Part shown: one piece after another, positions 38,913 to 48,405 of the stretch
Layout of the letters: each line of letters opens with the position of its first letter
Numbering within the stretch: the first letter of the stretch is position 1
DNA from: Armatimonadota bacterium
GTDB taxonomy: Bacteria; Armatimonadota; SYMT01
Reading direction: 5' to 3'
Length of the DNA: 64,000 bases
Assembly: GCA_046292385.1 (NCBI GenBank)
Contig: JBKBRF010000010.1
Location: 64,001-128,000 of the forward strand
Translations under genes and position numbers: made by a program
The notes under the pieces: generated by a model
The model's database searches: none
The model's input: the letters and a program-made list of their open reading frames with translations, nothing else
What the model was told of the DNA's origin: nothing

Positions 38913-40175
38913 TCAGAGGTCCGTGCGTTCCAGGACGTCGTCGCGGACCCGGAAGATGTACGGGGTGAGCGGGTGGTTCATCCGCTGGAAGTCCTGCTTC
39001 ACCTGGCGGATGATGCTGGCGCAGACTTCCGGGTCCCGCTCGGAGAAGGCGATGAGGAAGTCGCGGTTCGGGAGGCCGACCAGGTACTCGTCGCCCAGCT
39101 CCGCCGCGAACGAGTCGCGGAGGCCGGGGAGCACCAGGCGGGCCGCGTCGTAGCCGTCCTGCGTGTTCACCACCATGGCGATGGTGCCGCCGTCGCGCGC
39201 GGGGAGCACGGTGACCGGCAGCTCTCCAGAGCGCTCCGCCAGGTTGTCGACCGCCACCTCCTGCACCCGCTCCAGCGGCACGCCCCACTCATCCAGGATC
39301 GTCTCGGTAGCGTAGGCGAGCCGGGTGGGTGAGTCGATGGCGAAGCAGAGCAGCAGCCCGGGCGCGAACTCCACGCTCACCAGCGGCAGCTCGCGGCGGA
39401 TCTCGCGGACCCAGTCGTGCGACTTCAACATCGGCAGCAGCCGGCCGCGGACGGCCGCGTAGTCGTGGTACTCGTCGTGCTCCAGCTCCGCGGTCAGCAT
39501 CTGGTCCAGGTGCTCCCGGATCAGCACCCCGGCCGACTCCGGAGTGAGCAGGCAGCTCCGGTAGAGGTTCTCCAACCCGAGAGAGGTGTTCAGCTCCCCC
39601 TCGGTGTCGCTCAGCTCGATCGTCCAGGCATCGCCGGCGGTCGCCTGGAATCGCGGGTACTCCCGCTGCAGCACCTCCAGCACGCGCTCCCGGAACTGTT
39701 CCGGCGACGGCGGCTGCACCTCCGGCAGCCGGAGGGACGCCAGCAGCTCGTCGGCGGCACGGCGCTGCGACTCGGAGGCGGCGCCGGGGCCAAGCTGCGT
39801 GGCGTAGAGCGCCAGGGAGCCGGCCCGCACCAGCCACATGCGGATGCGCGTGCCGGAGGGGGCGAGGTCGGCCCGGGCGCTTTCCCCTTCCCCGTAGGCG
39901 ACGGTCCGCTCCCCCTGGCGCAGGAGCGTGACCTCCTCCGGAGCGAGGGGAATGTCGAGCCGGTGCGCCGTCTTGACGAGCTGCATCCGCAGCTCCTCGT
40001 CTCCCGGCTGCGACTCGTCGGCGCCCATCACCACCGGCGAAAAGCTGACCGCCGTCGGGTCTACCCGGCCGCTGTAGACGAAGGTGACGCTATTGCTCTC
40101 CTCCTGGAAATGCGGCTCCCACTCGGACGGGTGCTCCACGGAAAAAAGCTGGCGCGGGTGCTCGTAAGTCGGCAT
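38913..40175 (-). CDS. DUF1444-like domain protein
   Basis: LGLENLYR, RLLPMLK, FAIDSP, AVDNL, DGYDAARL, VGLPNRDFLI, PLTPYIF. Confidence 0.75.
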   Translation of the reverse strand: MPTYEHPRQLFSVEHPSEWEPHFQEESNSVTFVYSGRVDPTAVSFSPVVMGADESQPGDEELRMQLVKTAHRLDIPLAPEEVTLLRQGERTVAYGEGESARADLAPSGTRIRMWLVRAGSLALYATQLGPGAASESQRRAADELLASLRLPEVQPPSPEQFRERVLEVLQREYPRFQATAGDAWTIELSDTEGELNTSLGLENLYRSCLLTPESAGVLIREHLDQMLTAELEHDEYHDYAAVRGRLLPMLKSHDWVREIRRELPLVSVEFAPGLLLCFAIDSPTRLAYATETILDEWGVPLERVQEVAVDNLAERSGELPVTVLPARDGGTIAMVVNTQDGYDAARLVLPGLRDSFAAELGDEYLVGLPNRDFLIAFSERDPEVCASIIRQVKQDFQRMNHPLTPYIFRVRDDVLERTDL

Positions 40176-40198
40176 CAGTCCTTCCAATCGGGGTGTGG

Positions 40199-40420
40199 TC
40201 TCACCGCAGAGACGCAAAGGACGCGGAGAGAACCCGAACCACCTAGAACCGCCAAGAACACCAAGCTAGCCAAGAGCTATTAGACCAGGAAGCTTTCCCG
40301 GATCGAGAACGCCGTGCGTCTACGGGCCGCACTGATACTCTTGGCGTTCTTGGCGTCTTGGCGGTTAAGCCTTCTTGCTGACTGGTTCTCTCTGTGCCCT
40401 CTGCGTCTCTGCGGTAAAAC
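40199..40420. repeat. Nested inverted repeat cluster (CACCGCAGAG and CGCCAAG arms)
   Basis: CACCGCAGAGACGC / GCGTCTCTGCGGT outer arms; AACCGCCAAGA / TCTTGGCGGTT inner arms. Confidence 0.7.
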
Positions 40421-40433
40421 CCGGTTCGGGAGA

Positions 40434-41189
40434 CTATCGCGGAGGAATCCCCAGCCAGCCGGCGGCCGCCTCCGCCAGCTCTTTCACGAGCGGGTCGACC
40501 GCCCACGGGTCGGCGTTTTCCAGGCGCAGGCAGACCGGGCCGTCGTAGCCCGCCAGGCGGAGGCGCTCTCCGAAGAGCGGTAGATCGAGCTCGCCTTCTC
40601 CGGGCGGCACCACCCGTCCGCGGAGCGCGTCGTTCAGGTAGACGCAGCGCGGCAGCTCCGGCAGGGCTTCCAGCTCCAGCGGGTCCCAGCCCGCGAGCAG
40701 CGCCTGGCCCGGGTCGAGCGCGATCCCGAACCGCCGTCTCCCGGCCGCGCGCAGGATCTCCGCCAGCGCCCCCGGGTCGGCGGCCACGGTGCCGGCACGG
40801 TTTACCAGGCAGACGTCGACCGGCAGCGCGCCGAGCGCGCGGTCGAGCAGCCGCAGCCCCGCCGCCACCGCTTCCGGGGTGCCCTCGAAGGGGGCTTCGG
40901 TAATCAGCAGAGCGCTGTCCAGCTCCCGGGCATAGGAGGCAGCCCGGCCAATCGCCGCCAGGGCGGCTTCCCACTCCGGCCCCTCGGCCACCCTGGGCAG
41001 GGGCCCCGTGCGGACCGCCGCCAGCTCCAGCTCTTCGGCCCGCAGGCGCGCCCGCATCGCCTCGACATCCGGGAACGGCTCTTCCGGCAGGTAGAGCTCC
41101 ACGCCCGCGTACCCCGCCCATCCAGCCTTGGAGACGGCGGTCTCAATACGGTCCTCTGGGAAACAGGCGGTGGAACAGACAAGGCGCAC
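40434..41189 (-). CDS. Sugar phosphate isomerase/epimerase (xylose-isomerase-like TIM barrel)
   Basis: AGYAGVEL, IALDPGQ, VYLND, PPGEGELD, GYDGPVCLRLE; metal ligands look degenerate. Confidence 0.75.
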   Translation of the reverse strand: MRLVCSTACFPEDRIETAVSKAGWAGYAGVELYLPEEPFPDVEAMRARLRAEELELAAVRTGPLPRVAEGPEWEAALAAIGRAASYARELDSALLITEAPFEGTPEAVAAGLRLLDRALGALPVDVCLVNRAGTVAADPGALAEILRAAGRRRFGIALDPGQALLAGWDPLELEALPELPRCVYLNDALRGRVVPPGEGELDLPLFGERLRLAGYDGPVCLRLENADPWAVDPLVKELAEAAAGWLGIPPR

Positions 41190-41297
41190 GCAGGATCTCC
41201 GAATCTCCGGTAAAAGGTTCCCTCAGCATACCATGGCCTCTGAGGGCGGGGTGCAGAGGACGGAGTGCGGAATTCGGATCTGCCGTGAACGAGATCG

Positions 41298-41337
41298 CTT
41301 GCTCCTGCTCGCTGGCGACCTGGTGCTTCCGGCACGT
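41298..41337 (-). repeat. 40-nt dispersed repeat, family C copy 2
   Basis: Exact reverse complement of 6268-6307. Confidence 0.9.
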
Positions 41338-41380
41338 TTTAGCTACGGGTGGCCATTGCCGGCCCGGACACCGGGCCGTG

Positions 41381-41500
41381 TCTGTCCCTCTGTCCCTCTG
41401 TCCCTCTGTCCCTCTGTCCCTCTGTCCCTCTGTCCCTCTGTCCCTCTGTCCCTCTGTCCCTCTGTCCCTCTGTCCCTCTGTCCCTCTGCCCCTCTGTCTC
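41381..41500. repeat. Octamer tandem repeat (TCTGTCCC)n
   Basis: 13 perfect and 2 imperfect units, abutting the fhs stop codon. Confidence 0.95.
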
Positions 41501-43163
41501 AGAACAGCCCGGACATCGTGCCGTCCGGCAGCAGGTCCATCTCCACGGCGCTGGGCTGGCGGGGAAGGCCGGGCATCGTGAGGATCTCTCCGGCATAGAC
41601 CACCACGAAGCCGGCCCCGGCCGAGAGGTGGAGGTCGCGGACGGTCAGGGCGTGGCCCTCGGGGGCGCCGTGGAGGGCGGGGTCGTCCGAGAAGGAGTAC
41701 TGCGTCTTGGCGATGCAGACCGGGAGGCGGTCGTAGTGGTGCTCCTTCAGCCAGGCGAGGCGCTTGACGGCGGGAGGCAGAAAGCGGACCGAGCCGGCAC
41801 GGTAGACTTCGCGCGCTACCGTCTCGATCTTCTCCGCCACCGGCGCGTCGTCGCGGTAGATCGCGTGGTACCCGGAGGGCGTCTGCAGCGTCTCCAGCAG
41901 CAGGTGCGCCACCTCTTCGCCGCCGGCGCCGCCGCGGCGCCAGACGTCGGCGACTCCCACCGGCAGATCGTGCTGCCGGCAGAGGTGCCGCAGGTGCTCC
42001 AGCTCCGCTTCGGTATCCGAGGGGAAGCGGTTCACCGCCACCAGGATCGGCAGGCCAAACTTCCGCAGGTTCTCGGCATGCCGCTGCAAGTTGGCGAAGC
42101 CGGCGTCGATCGCCTTCAGGTCCTCCTGGTCCAGCTCGTCCAGCGGCACGCCCCCGTGCATCTTGAGCGCGCGGACTGTCGCCACCAGCACGGCGGCATC
42201 CGGGTTCAGGCCCGCCTGGCGGCACTTGATGTCGAGAAACTTCTCCGCGCCCAGGTCGGCCCCGAAGCCCGCTTCGGTGAGGCAGATCTCGCCGAGCTTC
42301 AGCGCCATCCGCGTGGCGAGCACCGAGCTGCAGCCGTGGGCGATGTTGCCGAACGGGCCGCCGTGAACCAGCGCGGGGGTCCCCTCCACCGTCTGCACCA
42401 GGTTCGGCTTCAGCGCGTCCCGCAGCAGCACGGTCATCGCGCCGGAGGCCTTCAACTCCCCGGCGGTCACCGGGCGGCCGGAGCGGTCCGAGCCGACGAC
42501 GATGCGCGCCACCCGCGCGCGGAGGTCCTCCGCGGACTGCGCCAGGGAGAGCACCGCCATCACTTCGGAGGCGGCGGTGATCTCGAAGCCGGTCTCCCGC
42601 GGGTCGCCGTTCGCGCGCCCCAGGCCCACCACCACCTGCCGGAGGGAGCGGTCGTTCATGTCGAGGCACCGCTTCCAGGTGACGGTGCGCGGGTCGAGCT
42701 CCGGCTTCAGCCGCCAGTGGAGGTGGTTCTCCACCATCGAGGCGAGCAGGTTGTTGGCGGCGGTGATGGCGTGGAGGTCGCCGGTAAAGTGGAGGTTGAT
42801 CTCCTCCATCGGCATCACCTGGGAGTAGCCGCCGCCGGTCGCCCCGCCCTTCATCCCGAAGATCGGCCCGAGCGACGGCTCTCGCGTGGCGGAGACGGCG
42901 CGGCTCCCGATCCGCTGCAGCGCCTGGGTGAGCCCCACCGTCATGGTGCTCTTCCCCTCGCCCGCGGGGGTGGGGGTGATCGCGGTCACCAGCACCAGCT
43001 TGCCGTCCGGCCGCTCCGCCCGCGCCTCCAGCGCTTCCAGCCGCACCTTCGCCTTGTGGCGGCCGTACAGCTCCAGCTCTTCCTCGTCCAGGCCGGCGGC
43101 GGTGGCGACCTCCAGGATCGGGCGCAGCTTCACGGAACGGGCGATCTCCAGGTTTCCACGCAT
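41499..43163 (-). CDS. fhs: Formate--tetrahydrofolate ligase
   Basis: TAITPTPAGEGKST, REPSLGP.FG.KGGATGGGY, HGGPFGNIAHG, TEAGFGADLGAEKF, CIAKTQYS, MPGLP. Confidence 0.97.
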   Translation of the reverse strand: MRGNLEIARSVKLRPILEVATAAGLDEEELELYGRHKAKVRLEALEARAERPDGKLVLVTAITPTPAGEGKSTMTVGLTQALQRIGSRAVSATREPSLGPIFGMKGGATGGGYSQVMPMEEINLHFTGDLHAITAANNLLASMVENHLHWRLKPELDPRTVTWKRCLDMNDRSLRQVVVGLGRANGDPRETGFEITAASEVMAVLSLAQSAEDLRARVARIVVGSDRSGRPVTAGELKASGAMTVLLRDALKPNLVQTVEGTPALVHGGPFGNIAHGCSSVLATRMALKLGEICLTEAGFGADLGAEKFLDIKCRQAGLNPDAAVLVATVRALKMHGGVPLDELDQEDLKAIDAGFANLQRHAENLRKFGLPILVAVNRFPSDTEAELEHLRHLCRQHDLPVGVADVWRRGGAGGEEVAHLLLETLQTPSGYHAIYRDDAPVAEKIETVAREVYRAGSVRFLPPAVKRLAWLKEHHYDRLPVCIAKTQYSFSDDPALHGAPEGHALTVRDLHLSAGAGFVVVYAGEILTMPGLPRQPSAVEMDLLPDGTMSGLF

Positions 43164-43336
43164 AAAGCTCTCCACGGGACGGATCGACGGCCTCCGTAAC
43201 CTTACCTCCCGCGTCCCGCCCGAGACCGGTCTTCGTGGGCCTTCCAGGCGCCAGACGGGCTCTCGAGAGCCCGGCGGTGAAGAACAGGTTTGCCCGCTCG
43301 CCGAGGGGCCGATAATCCCCTCGGGAGACAGCCAGC

Positions 43337-43555
43337 ATGAAAACGCTAGCAGAGCCTCGGGCCAGAGCGTCAGCGCCTCAACGGGCGGAGAGCTTTCCGG
43401 AATGGGCCGCCGCCGAAGTAGGCCGGCTGATCGACGCGCGCGCGCAGGCGACCACCACCGCGGAGCAGGCGGAGCTGGAGCTGCGCATCGCGATGGTCTA
43501 CGACGCGGCCCAACGCTACGGCCGCTCTCTCGCAGACAGCGCGGAGCTTCCTTGA
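43337..43555 (+). CDS. Small hypothetical protein
   Basis: 72 aa; GGGAGA RBS; helical character. Confidence 0.5.
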   Translation: MKTLAEPRARASAPQRAESFPEWAAAEVGRLIDARAQATTTAEQAELELRIAMVYDAAQRYGRSLADSAELP

Positions 43556-43580
43556 GGGATGAGGGATGAGGGATGAATCC
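43554..43580. repeat. GGATGAR heptamer array, downstream arm
   Basis: GAGGGATGAGGGATGAGGGATGAATCC. Confidence 0.8.
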
Positions 43581-43581
43581 T

Positions 43582-43997
43582 TCATCGCTTCGCCTTGGCT
43601 GACTTTACGCTGGCGACAAAGATGGCGATGAGCTCATCCGACTCTCGAAGCAGCGGCGCGATGCTCTCGGCAGAGGTGATCTCTGCGGCTGCAGCAGCTC
43701 CAGCCAGTAATGAGTCTCCTCCAACTCCTGTAAGGCGCCTTCCATCTTGCTGATCAGGTCCGCGGTCGACTTGGCTCGGAAGGCTTCCCGATACTGCGCA
43801 CCTGGAGAAGTGCCGGCACGCAGCAGTTGCCGACCCAGCACCTGGGCTTCCGCCGTCCGTGGTAGTTGTCCGTAGAAGCGCACCACGGCCAGTGCGAACT
43901 GCTGCGTACGCGCGCGAAGATCCTGCCGGCCCCGCTCCGGCACGGCCTTGAATGTGAATTGCTCCCCTCCGGGGGTGGGTTCGGATTCATCCTTCAT
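43582..43997 (-). pseudogene. Four-helix-bundle protein (TIGR02436/23S-IVP-like), frameshifted
   Basis: DLRARTQQFAL, QLLRAGTSPGAQYREA.RAKS.AD.ISK, ELEETHYWLELL; the expected tail (ESDELIAIFVASVKSAK) is in another frame after ~43690. Confidence 0.8.
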
Positions 43998-44014
43998 CCC
44001 TCATCCTTCATCCC
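43983..44014. repeat. GGATGAR heptamer array, upstream arm (inverted)
   Basis: GGATTCATCCTTCATCCCTCATCCTTCATCCC. Confidence 0.8.
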
Positions 44015-44578
44015 TGTCCCGGAGAGCCACGGTGGGTTCAGCTCCACGATCCGGGCGTAGACGGGGCAGCTCTCTCGGTGAGCGCCGGGCAGGTAGCCGG
44101 TGCTGAGGAGGAACTCGTTTACGATCTCCCCGCCGGTGAAGACGAAGGTCCGCTTGAAGAGCTTCCGCCACTCGTCGCGGGAGCGGGGATGATGGGCGTC
44201 GAGCCAGGCGGCGAAGGAGCCGTGCTCCTCCCGCAGCGCCAGGATGCGCCGGGCGTTCTCGATCGCGGCGTTCACCTTCAGCCGGTTGCGGATGATTCCC
44301 GCGTCCGCCAGCAGCCGGGCGCGCTCCTCGTCGCCGTAGGCCGCCACCCGCTCCACGCAAAAGCCGTCGTACGCGCGGCGGAAGCCCTCCCGCTTCTTCA
44401 GGATCGTCAGCCAGGAGAGTCCCGCCTGGTTGATCTCCAGGCAGAGCCGCTCGAAAAGGGCGTCATCGTCCCGGACCGGGAAGCCGTACTCCTCGTCGTG
44501 GTAGGGACCGTGGAATGGCGTCCCCGCCGCGTCGCAGTAACTCGGTGCCGACCCCTCCAGCTCTCTCGTGACTTCCAT
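43994..44578 (-). CDS. tag: DNA-3-methyladenine glycosylase I
   Basis: YHDEEYGFP, LFERLCLEINQAGLSWLTILKKR, GIIRNRLKV.AAI.NA, GAHRESC. Confidence 0.93.
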   Translation of the reverse strand: MEVTRELEGSAPSYCDAAGTPFHGPYHDEEYGFPVRDDDALFERLCLEINQAGLSWLTILKKREGFRRAYDGFCVERVAAYGDEERARLLADAGIIRNRLKVNAAIENARRILALREEHGSFAAWLDAHHPRSRDEWRKLFKRTFVFTGGEIVNEFLLSTGYLPGAHRESCPVYARIVELNPPWLSGTGMKDEG

Positions 44579-44779
44579 GCTCCTGCTCCCTCTTGAACCC
44601 GGTTGACCGCCCAGCATATAGAGTAGCGGTAGAAGTCGCAACGACCAAATTGCCGCAGGGGAGAGTGTGGCGTTGTAAGGATTTTCCTCGTTGCGTGCGG
44701 AATGGTCTCTCGTCCGGGAAGCGAGCGGGCATGCAGCAGCGCTCCGAGCCGGGCCCCGGATTGAAAGGAAGCAACCTGA

Positions 44780-45502
44780 ATGAACCGAGGACTCTACCTG
44801 GTAGGGATGGGGGCGCTCGCCGCGCTGCTGACGCTCTCGGGCGGCGGCGCCCGGGACGTCGTCGCCGCGCCGGCCGCCGAGCCAATCCGGGACGCGCAGG
44901 GCAACGAGATCGGCGGGTTTGAGAACTGGGGCACCGGCAATGCCCGGCCCCCAGGTGTTCCCCAGATCGTCGCTCTGGAGCCGGTGGGCTGGACCGCCAA
45001 GTACAACGGGTACACCGAGATCTCCGGAGTAGCCGATCCGGTCACCCAGACGAAAGGGAAGAACGGCGCGGGCGTGCGCGGGCAGGTGCTCCAGTGGGTC
45101 GATCAGAACCAGCAGAAGTGGATTCTCCGGCCGGAGCTCTCCGCGGGACCCTACCTGGAGGAGGGGCTGAACTGGGGGGCGGGCGTGCCGGTGAGCAAGC
45201 GGCACGCGCAGGTCACCGGCATGTACCAGTTCAAGCCGAAGAAAGGCGACGGGGTCTCGATCTACGTCGAGATGTACCGGAACGGGCAGATGATCGGACA
45301 GGGCGGCGCTACCAGCCGCAAGGCCCAGAAGAAGTGGAAGAAGTTCAAGGCGCCGATCTTCTACTTCGGCTCCGGAAACCCGGACACGGCCCGGATCCTG
45401 ATCCAGATCGTGGGGAAGGAGACTCGCCAGGGGTTCAAAGAGCCGACTCCGGGCTCCTACTATCTCGTGGACGAAGTGAAGTTCGCCGGCGTGGCGCGCT
45501 GA
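44780..45502 (+). CDS. Secreted protein with a carbohydrate-binding-like (PCMD-like) beta-sandwich
   Basis: Signal peptide; GGFENW, P.GW, TGMYQF.P..GD, WKKF.API.Y, GSYYLVDEV.F. Confidence 0.65.
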   Translation: MNRGLYLVGMGALAALLTLSGGGARDVVAAPAAEPIRDAQGNEIGGFENWGTGNARPPGVPQIVALEPVGWTAKYNGYTEISGVADPVTQTKGKNGAGVRGQVLQWVDQNQQKWILRPELSAGPYLEEGLNWGAGVPVSKRHAQVTGMYQFKPKKGDGVSIYVEMYRNGQMIGQGGATSRKAQKKWKKFKAPIFYFGSGNPDTARILIQIVGKETRQGFKEPTPGSYYLVDEVKFAGVAR

Positions 45503-45524
45503 TCCGCCCACCCCTCCCAATCCG

Positions 45525-45575
45525 GCACCGTCCGGAAACCACTCGGCGCTCGCCCGCGTAGATTCCGGACGGTGC
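45525..45575. terminator. 13-bp stem hairpin downstream of the CDS
   Basis: GCACCGTCCGGAA ... TTCCGGACGGTGC; no U-tract. Confidence 0.35.
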
Positions 45576-45778
45576 AGTCTCCTAAATGGCTGCGGGCCAG
45601 GCGACTGGCCGCTATACTGCAGTGTCCGACTTCGAGCCTCCCCTCTGGGGCTCGTCGGCCCGTCGCCCGGCAGCCGGCGCTACGACGCAGGTCCCGCTGA
45701 GCGGAGGCGGGCTCTTCATCCCTCCGCTTCTCTCCGGCGCGCCGTATCCCCGGGGATAAGCCCGGTCAGGATCTATCC

Positions 45779-48280
45779 ATGCGCACTCCTACGTCTGTCT
45801 CACTCGGCCTGCTGCTGGCGGCCGCGGTGGGAACGCTGCCGGCCGCGGCGGGAGCCCCCTCCCCGGTCCAGGCGCCTACCCCGGCTCCGACTCCCCCCAC
45901 GCCGGAGATGCCGAAGGCCGGCATGCCGGTGCCGGGAACGCCCGGCGGGGCCGCGGCGGCACGCAAGAAGCCGAACGAGCCGAAGCCGTACGAAGAGGTG
46001 ATCACCAAGGAGGCGAAGTCGGACGACGGCCTCTTCAAGGTGCACCAGGTCGACGACAAGATCTATTTCGAGATTCCCACCTCGCAGCTCAAGAAGGAGC
46101 TGCTCTGGGTGAGCACCTTCGTGCGGACCCAGGTCGGCTTCGGCCTCGGCGGCACGGAGGTGCAGGACCGCGTGATCCGCTTCGAGCAGCGGGACGACAA
46201 GGTGCTGCTGCGAGGAGTCGACTATCAGATGCGCGCCGGGACCGAAGAGGGCCAGCGGCTGATCGACCTCGCCAACCTGGAGCCGATCATCCGCGTCTTC
46301 GACGTGGCGGCGTACGGCCCGGACAAGGCGCCGGTGATCGACGTCAGCGCCCTCTATCTGCAGGAAGTGCCGGAGCTCTCCGCCCGCGAGGCAGTGGGAG
46401 CCAGCCGGATGGACCCGTCGCGCACCTTCCTGGAGAAGATCAAGTCGTTCCCGCGCAACATCGAGACCGTCGTCCTCGCGACGTTCGTCCCCACCGCTTC
46501 CACCGGCTTCCGGTTCGGGATCCCGTCCGGCGGTCCGCGGCGGGACAGCAGCCTGCAGAGTGTCTCCGCGGTGGTGCGGCACAGCCTGGTCGCCCTGCCG
46601 GACGATCCGATGAAGCCGCGGCTCGCGGACTCGCGGGTCGGCTACTTCTCCGGGCAGCACTACGAGTTCGACCGGCCGGACCACCGGGTGGCGGAGCGGA
46701 CCTACATCCGCCGCTGGCGCCTGGAGAAGAAGGACCCGGCCGCGGAGCTCTCCGAGCCGGTGAAGCCGATCGTCTACTACATCGGCCGGGAGATCCCGAG
46801 CCGCTGGCGCGAGTACGTGAAGAAGGGCGTGGAGGACTGGCAGGTAGCGTTCGAGGCGGCCGGCTTCAAGAACGCGATTATCGCCAAGGAGCCGCCGACC
46901 CCCGAAGAGGATCCGGACTGGGATCCGGAAGACGTCCGCTACTCCACCATCCGCTGGCTGCCGTCGACCACGGAGAACGCCTACGGGCCCCACGTGGCGG
47001 ACCCGCGCACCGGCGAGATCCTCGAGTCGGACATCAAGTTTTTCCACAACATCCTGAAGCTGAACTCGGAGTGGTACTTCACCCAGGCCTCTCCGAACGA
47101 CCCCCGCGCCCAGCGGCTGCCGCTGCCGGACGACCTGATGGGCGAGCTGGTGCGCTACGTCACCGCGCACGAGGTGGGCCACACGCTGGGGCTGCAGCAC
47201 AACATGAAGGCGAGCTCCGCCTACACCGCCGCGCAGCTCCGCGACCCGAAGTTCACGAACGAGTTCGGCACCGAAGCCTCGATCATGGACTACGGCCGCT
47301 TCAACTACGTGGCGCAGCCCGGAGACGGCGCGCGGCTGATCCCGATGATCGGACCGTACGACAAGTTCGCCATCGAGTGGGGCTACAAGCCGATTCCGAG
47401 CGCGGAGACTCCGGATGACGAGAAGAGCACGCTCGACGCCATCGCGGCGCGACAGCTCTCCAACCCGCACCTCCGCTTCGGCCACGAGGCGTCTTCCGAG
47501 GACCCGGGCCGGCAGACCGAAGACCTGGGCGCCGACCCGGTCGAGGCGACCGAGCTGGGGCTGAAGAACCTGAGCCGGGTGCTCGACTACCTGATCCCGG
47601 CTACCACAAAGCTGGGCGAGAACTACGACGATCTGGACCAGATGTACTCCGCGGTAGTCAGCCAGCGGAACCAGGAGCTGATGCACGTGGTGGCGGTCGT
47701 CGGCGGCGTCACCGAGACCAACTACCACGCCGGCCGCGGCGGGCTGGTCTACGTGCCGGTCGACGCCTCCCAGCAGCGGCGTGCCGTGCAGTTCCTGCTC
47801 AAGAGCGGCTTCTCCACCCCGTGGGACCTGCTCCGCAAGGAGATCCTCGGCCGCATCGAGGCGTCCGGAGCCACCGACCGGGTGATCGTCTCCCAGAACC
47901 GCCTGCTCTCCGCGCTCCTGAGCGAGAGCCGGATCAAGCGGATGACGGAGCAGCTCAGCCTGAACGGCGGGAAGGGCTATACCCCGCTGCAGCTCATCGA
48001 AGATCTGCGCGGCGGCCTCTGGAGCGAGCTGGGAGAGGCGAAGGTCGCCATCGATCCGTACCGCCGGAATCTGCAGCGCACCTTCATCCAGCTCCTCACC
48101 GCCCAGGCGGCGCCGGGCACCGCGGCCACCCGCTCGGACCTGCGGTCGCTCTCCCGCGGCTCTCTGGTGAGCACGAAGACGGCGATCCAGGCGGCGCTCA
48201 AGAAGCCGATGGACACCACCACGCGGCTGCACCTGGAGGACATGCTGTCCGTGATCGACCAGGCGCTCAACCCGAAGTAG
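45779..48280 (+). CDS. Secreted zinc metalloprotease (DUF5117/DUF4953, EcxA-like metzincin)
   Basis: HEVGHTLGLQHN, SIMDY Met-turn, DPRTGEI, RVGYF. Confidence 0.93.
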   Translation: MRTPTSVSLGLLLAAAVGTLPAAAGAPSPVQAPTPAPTPPTPEMPKAGMPVPGTPGGAAAARKKPNEPKPYEEVITKEAKSDDGLFKVHQVDDKIYFEIPTSQLKKELLWVSTFVRTQVGFGLGGTEVQDRVIRFEQRDDKVLLRGVDYQMRAGTEEGQRLIDLANLEPIIRVFDVAAYGPDKAPVIDVSALYLQEVPELSAREAVGASRMDPSRTFLEKIKSFPRNIETVVLATFVPTASTGFRFGIPSGGPRRDSSLQSVSAVVRHSLVALPDDPMKPRLADSRVGYFSGQHYEFDRPDHRVAERTYIRRWRLEKKDPAAELSEPVKPIVYYIGREIPSRWREYVKKGVEDWQVAFEAAGFKNAIIAKEPPTPEEDPDWDPEDVRYSTIRWLPSTTENAYGPHVADPRTGEILESDIKFFHNILKLNSEWYFTQASPNDPRAQRLPLPDDLMGELVRYVTAHEVGHTLGLQHNMKASSAYTAAQLRDPKFTNEFGTEASIMDYGRFNYVAQPGDGARLIPMIGPYDKFAIEWGYKPIPSAETPDDEKSTLDAIAARQLSNPHLRFGHEASSEDPGRQTEDLGADPVEATELGLKNLSRVLDYLIPATTKLGENYDDLDQMYSAVVSQRNQELMHVVAVVGGVTETNYHAGRGGLVYVPVDASQQRRAVQFLLKSGFSTPWDLLRKEILGRIEASGATDRVIVSQNRLLSALLSESRIKRMTEQLSLNGGKGYTPLQLIEDLRGGLWSELGEAKVAIDPYRRNLQRTFIQLLTAQAAPGTAATRSDLRSLSRGSLVSTKTAIQAALKKPMDTTTRLHLEDMLSVIDQALNPK

Positions 48281-48405
48281 CCGGCGATTCGTGATACCAA
48301 AACGGGTGGCGCGCGATCTCCGGGCTCCCGGGGGCCGGCTGCGCCGCCCGTTCCCTCTTTTTTCCGGCCGTTGCGCCGCTGCCCCGTCTCCGTGCCGACC
48401 TGCCG

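Noticed and set aside
43164..43336. ZTP, THF or c-di-GMP riboswitch upstream of fhs
   Set aside because: Only fragments (GGGCAAACC, CTGGCG) are present and I could not place the conserved cores in order; an Rfam cmscan would settle it
45800..48232. Long antisense and alternate-frame ORFs (also 2785-4560, 6771-8435, 57311-59239, 61078-63147)
   Set aside because: Shadow ORFs expected at high GC opposite well-supported genes; no motifs
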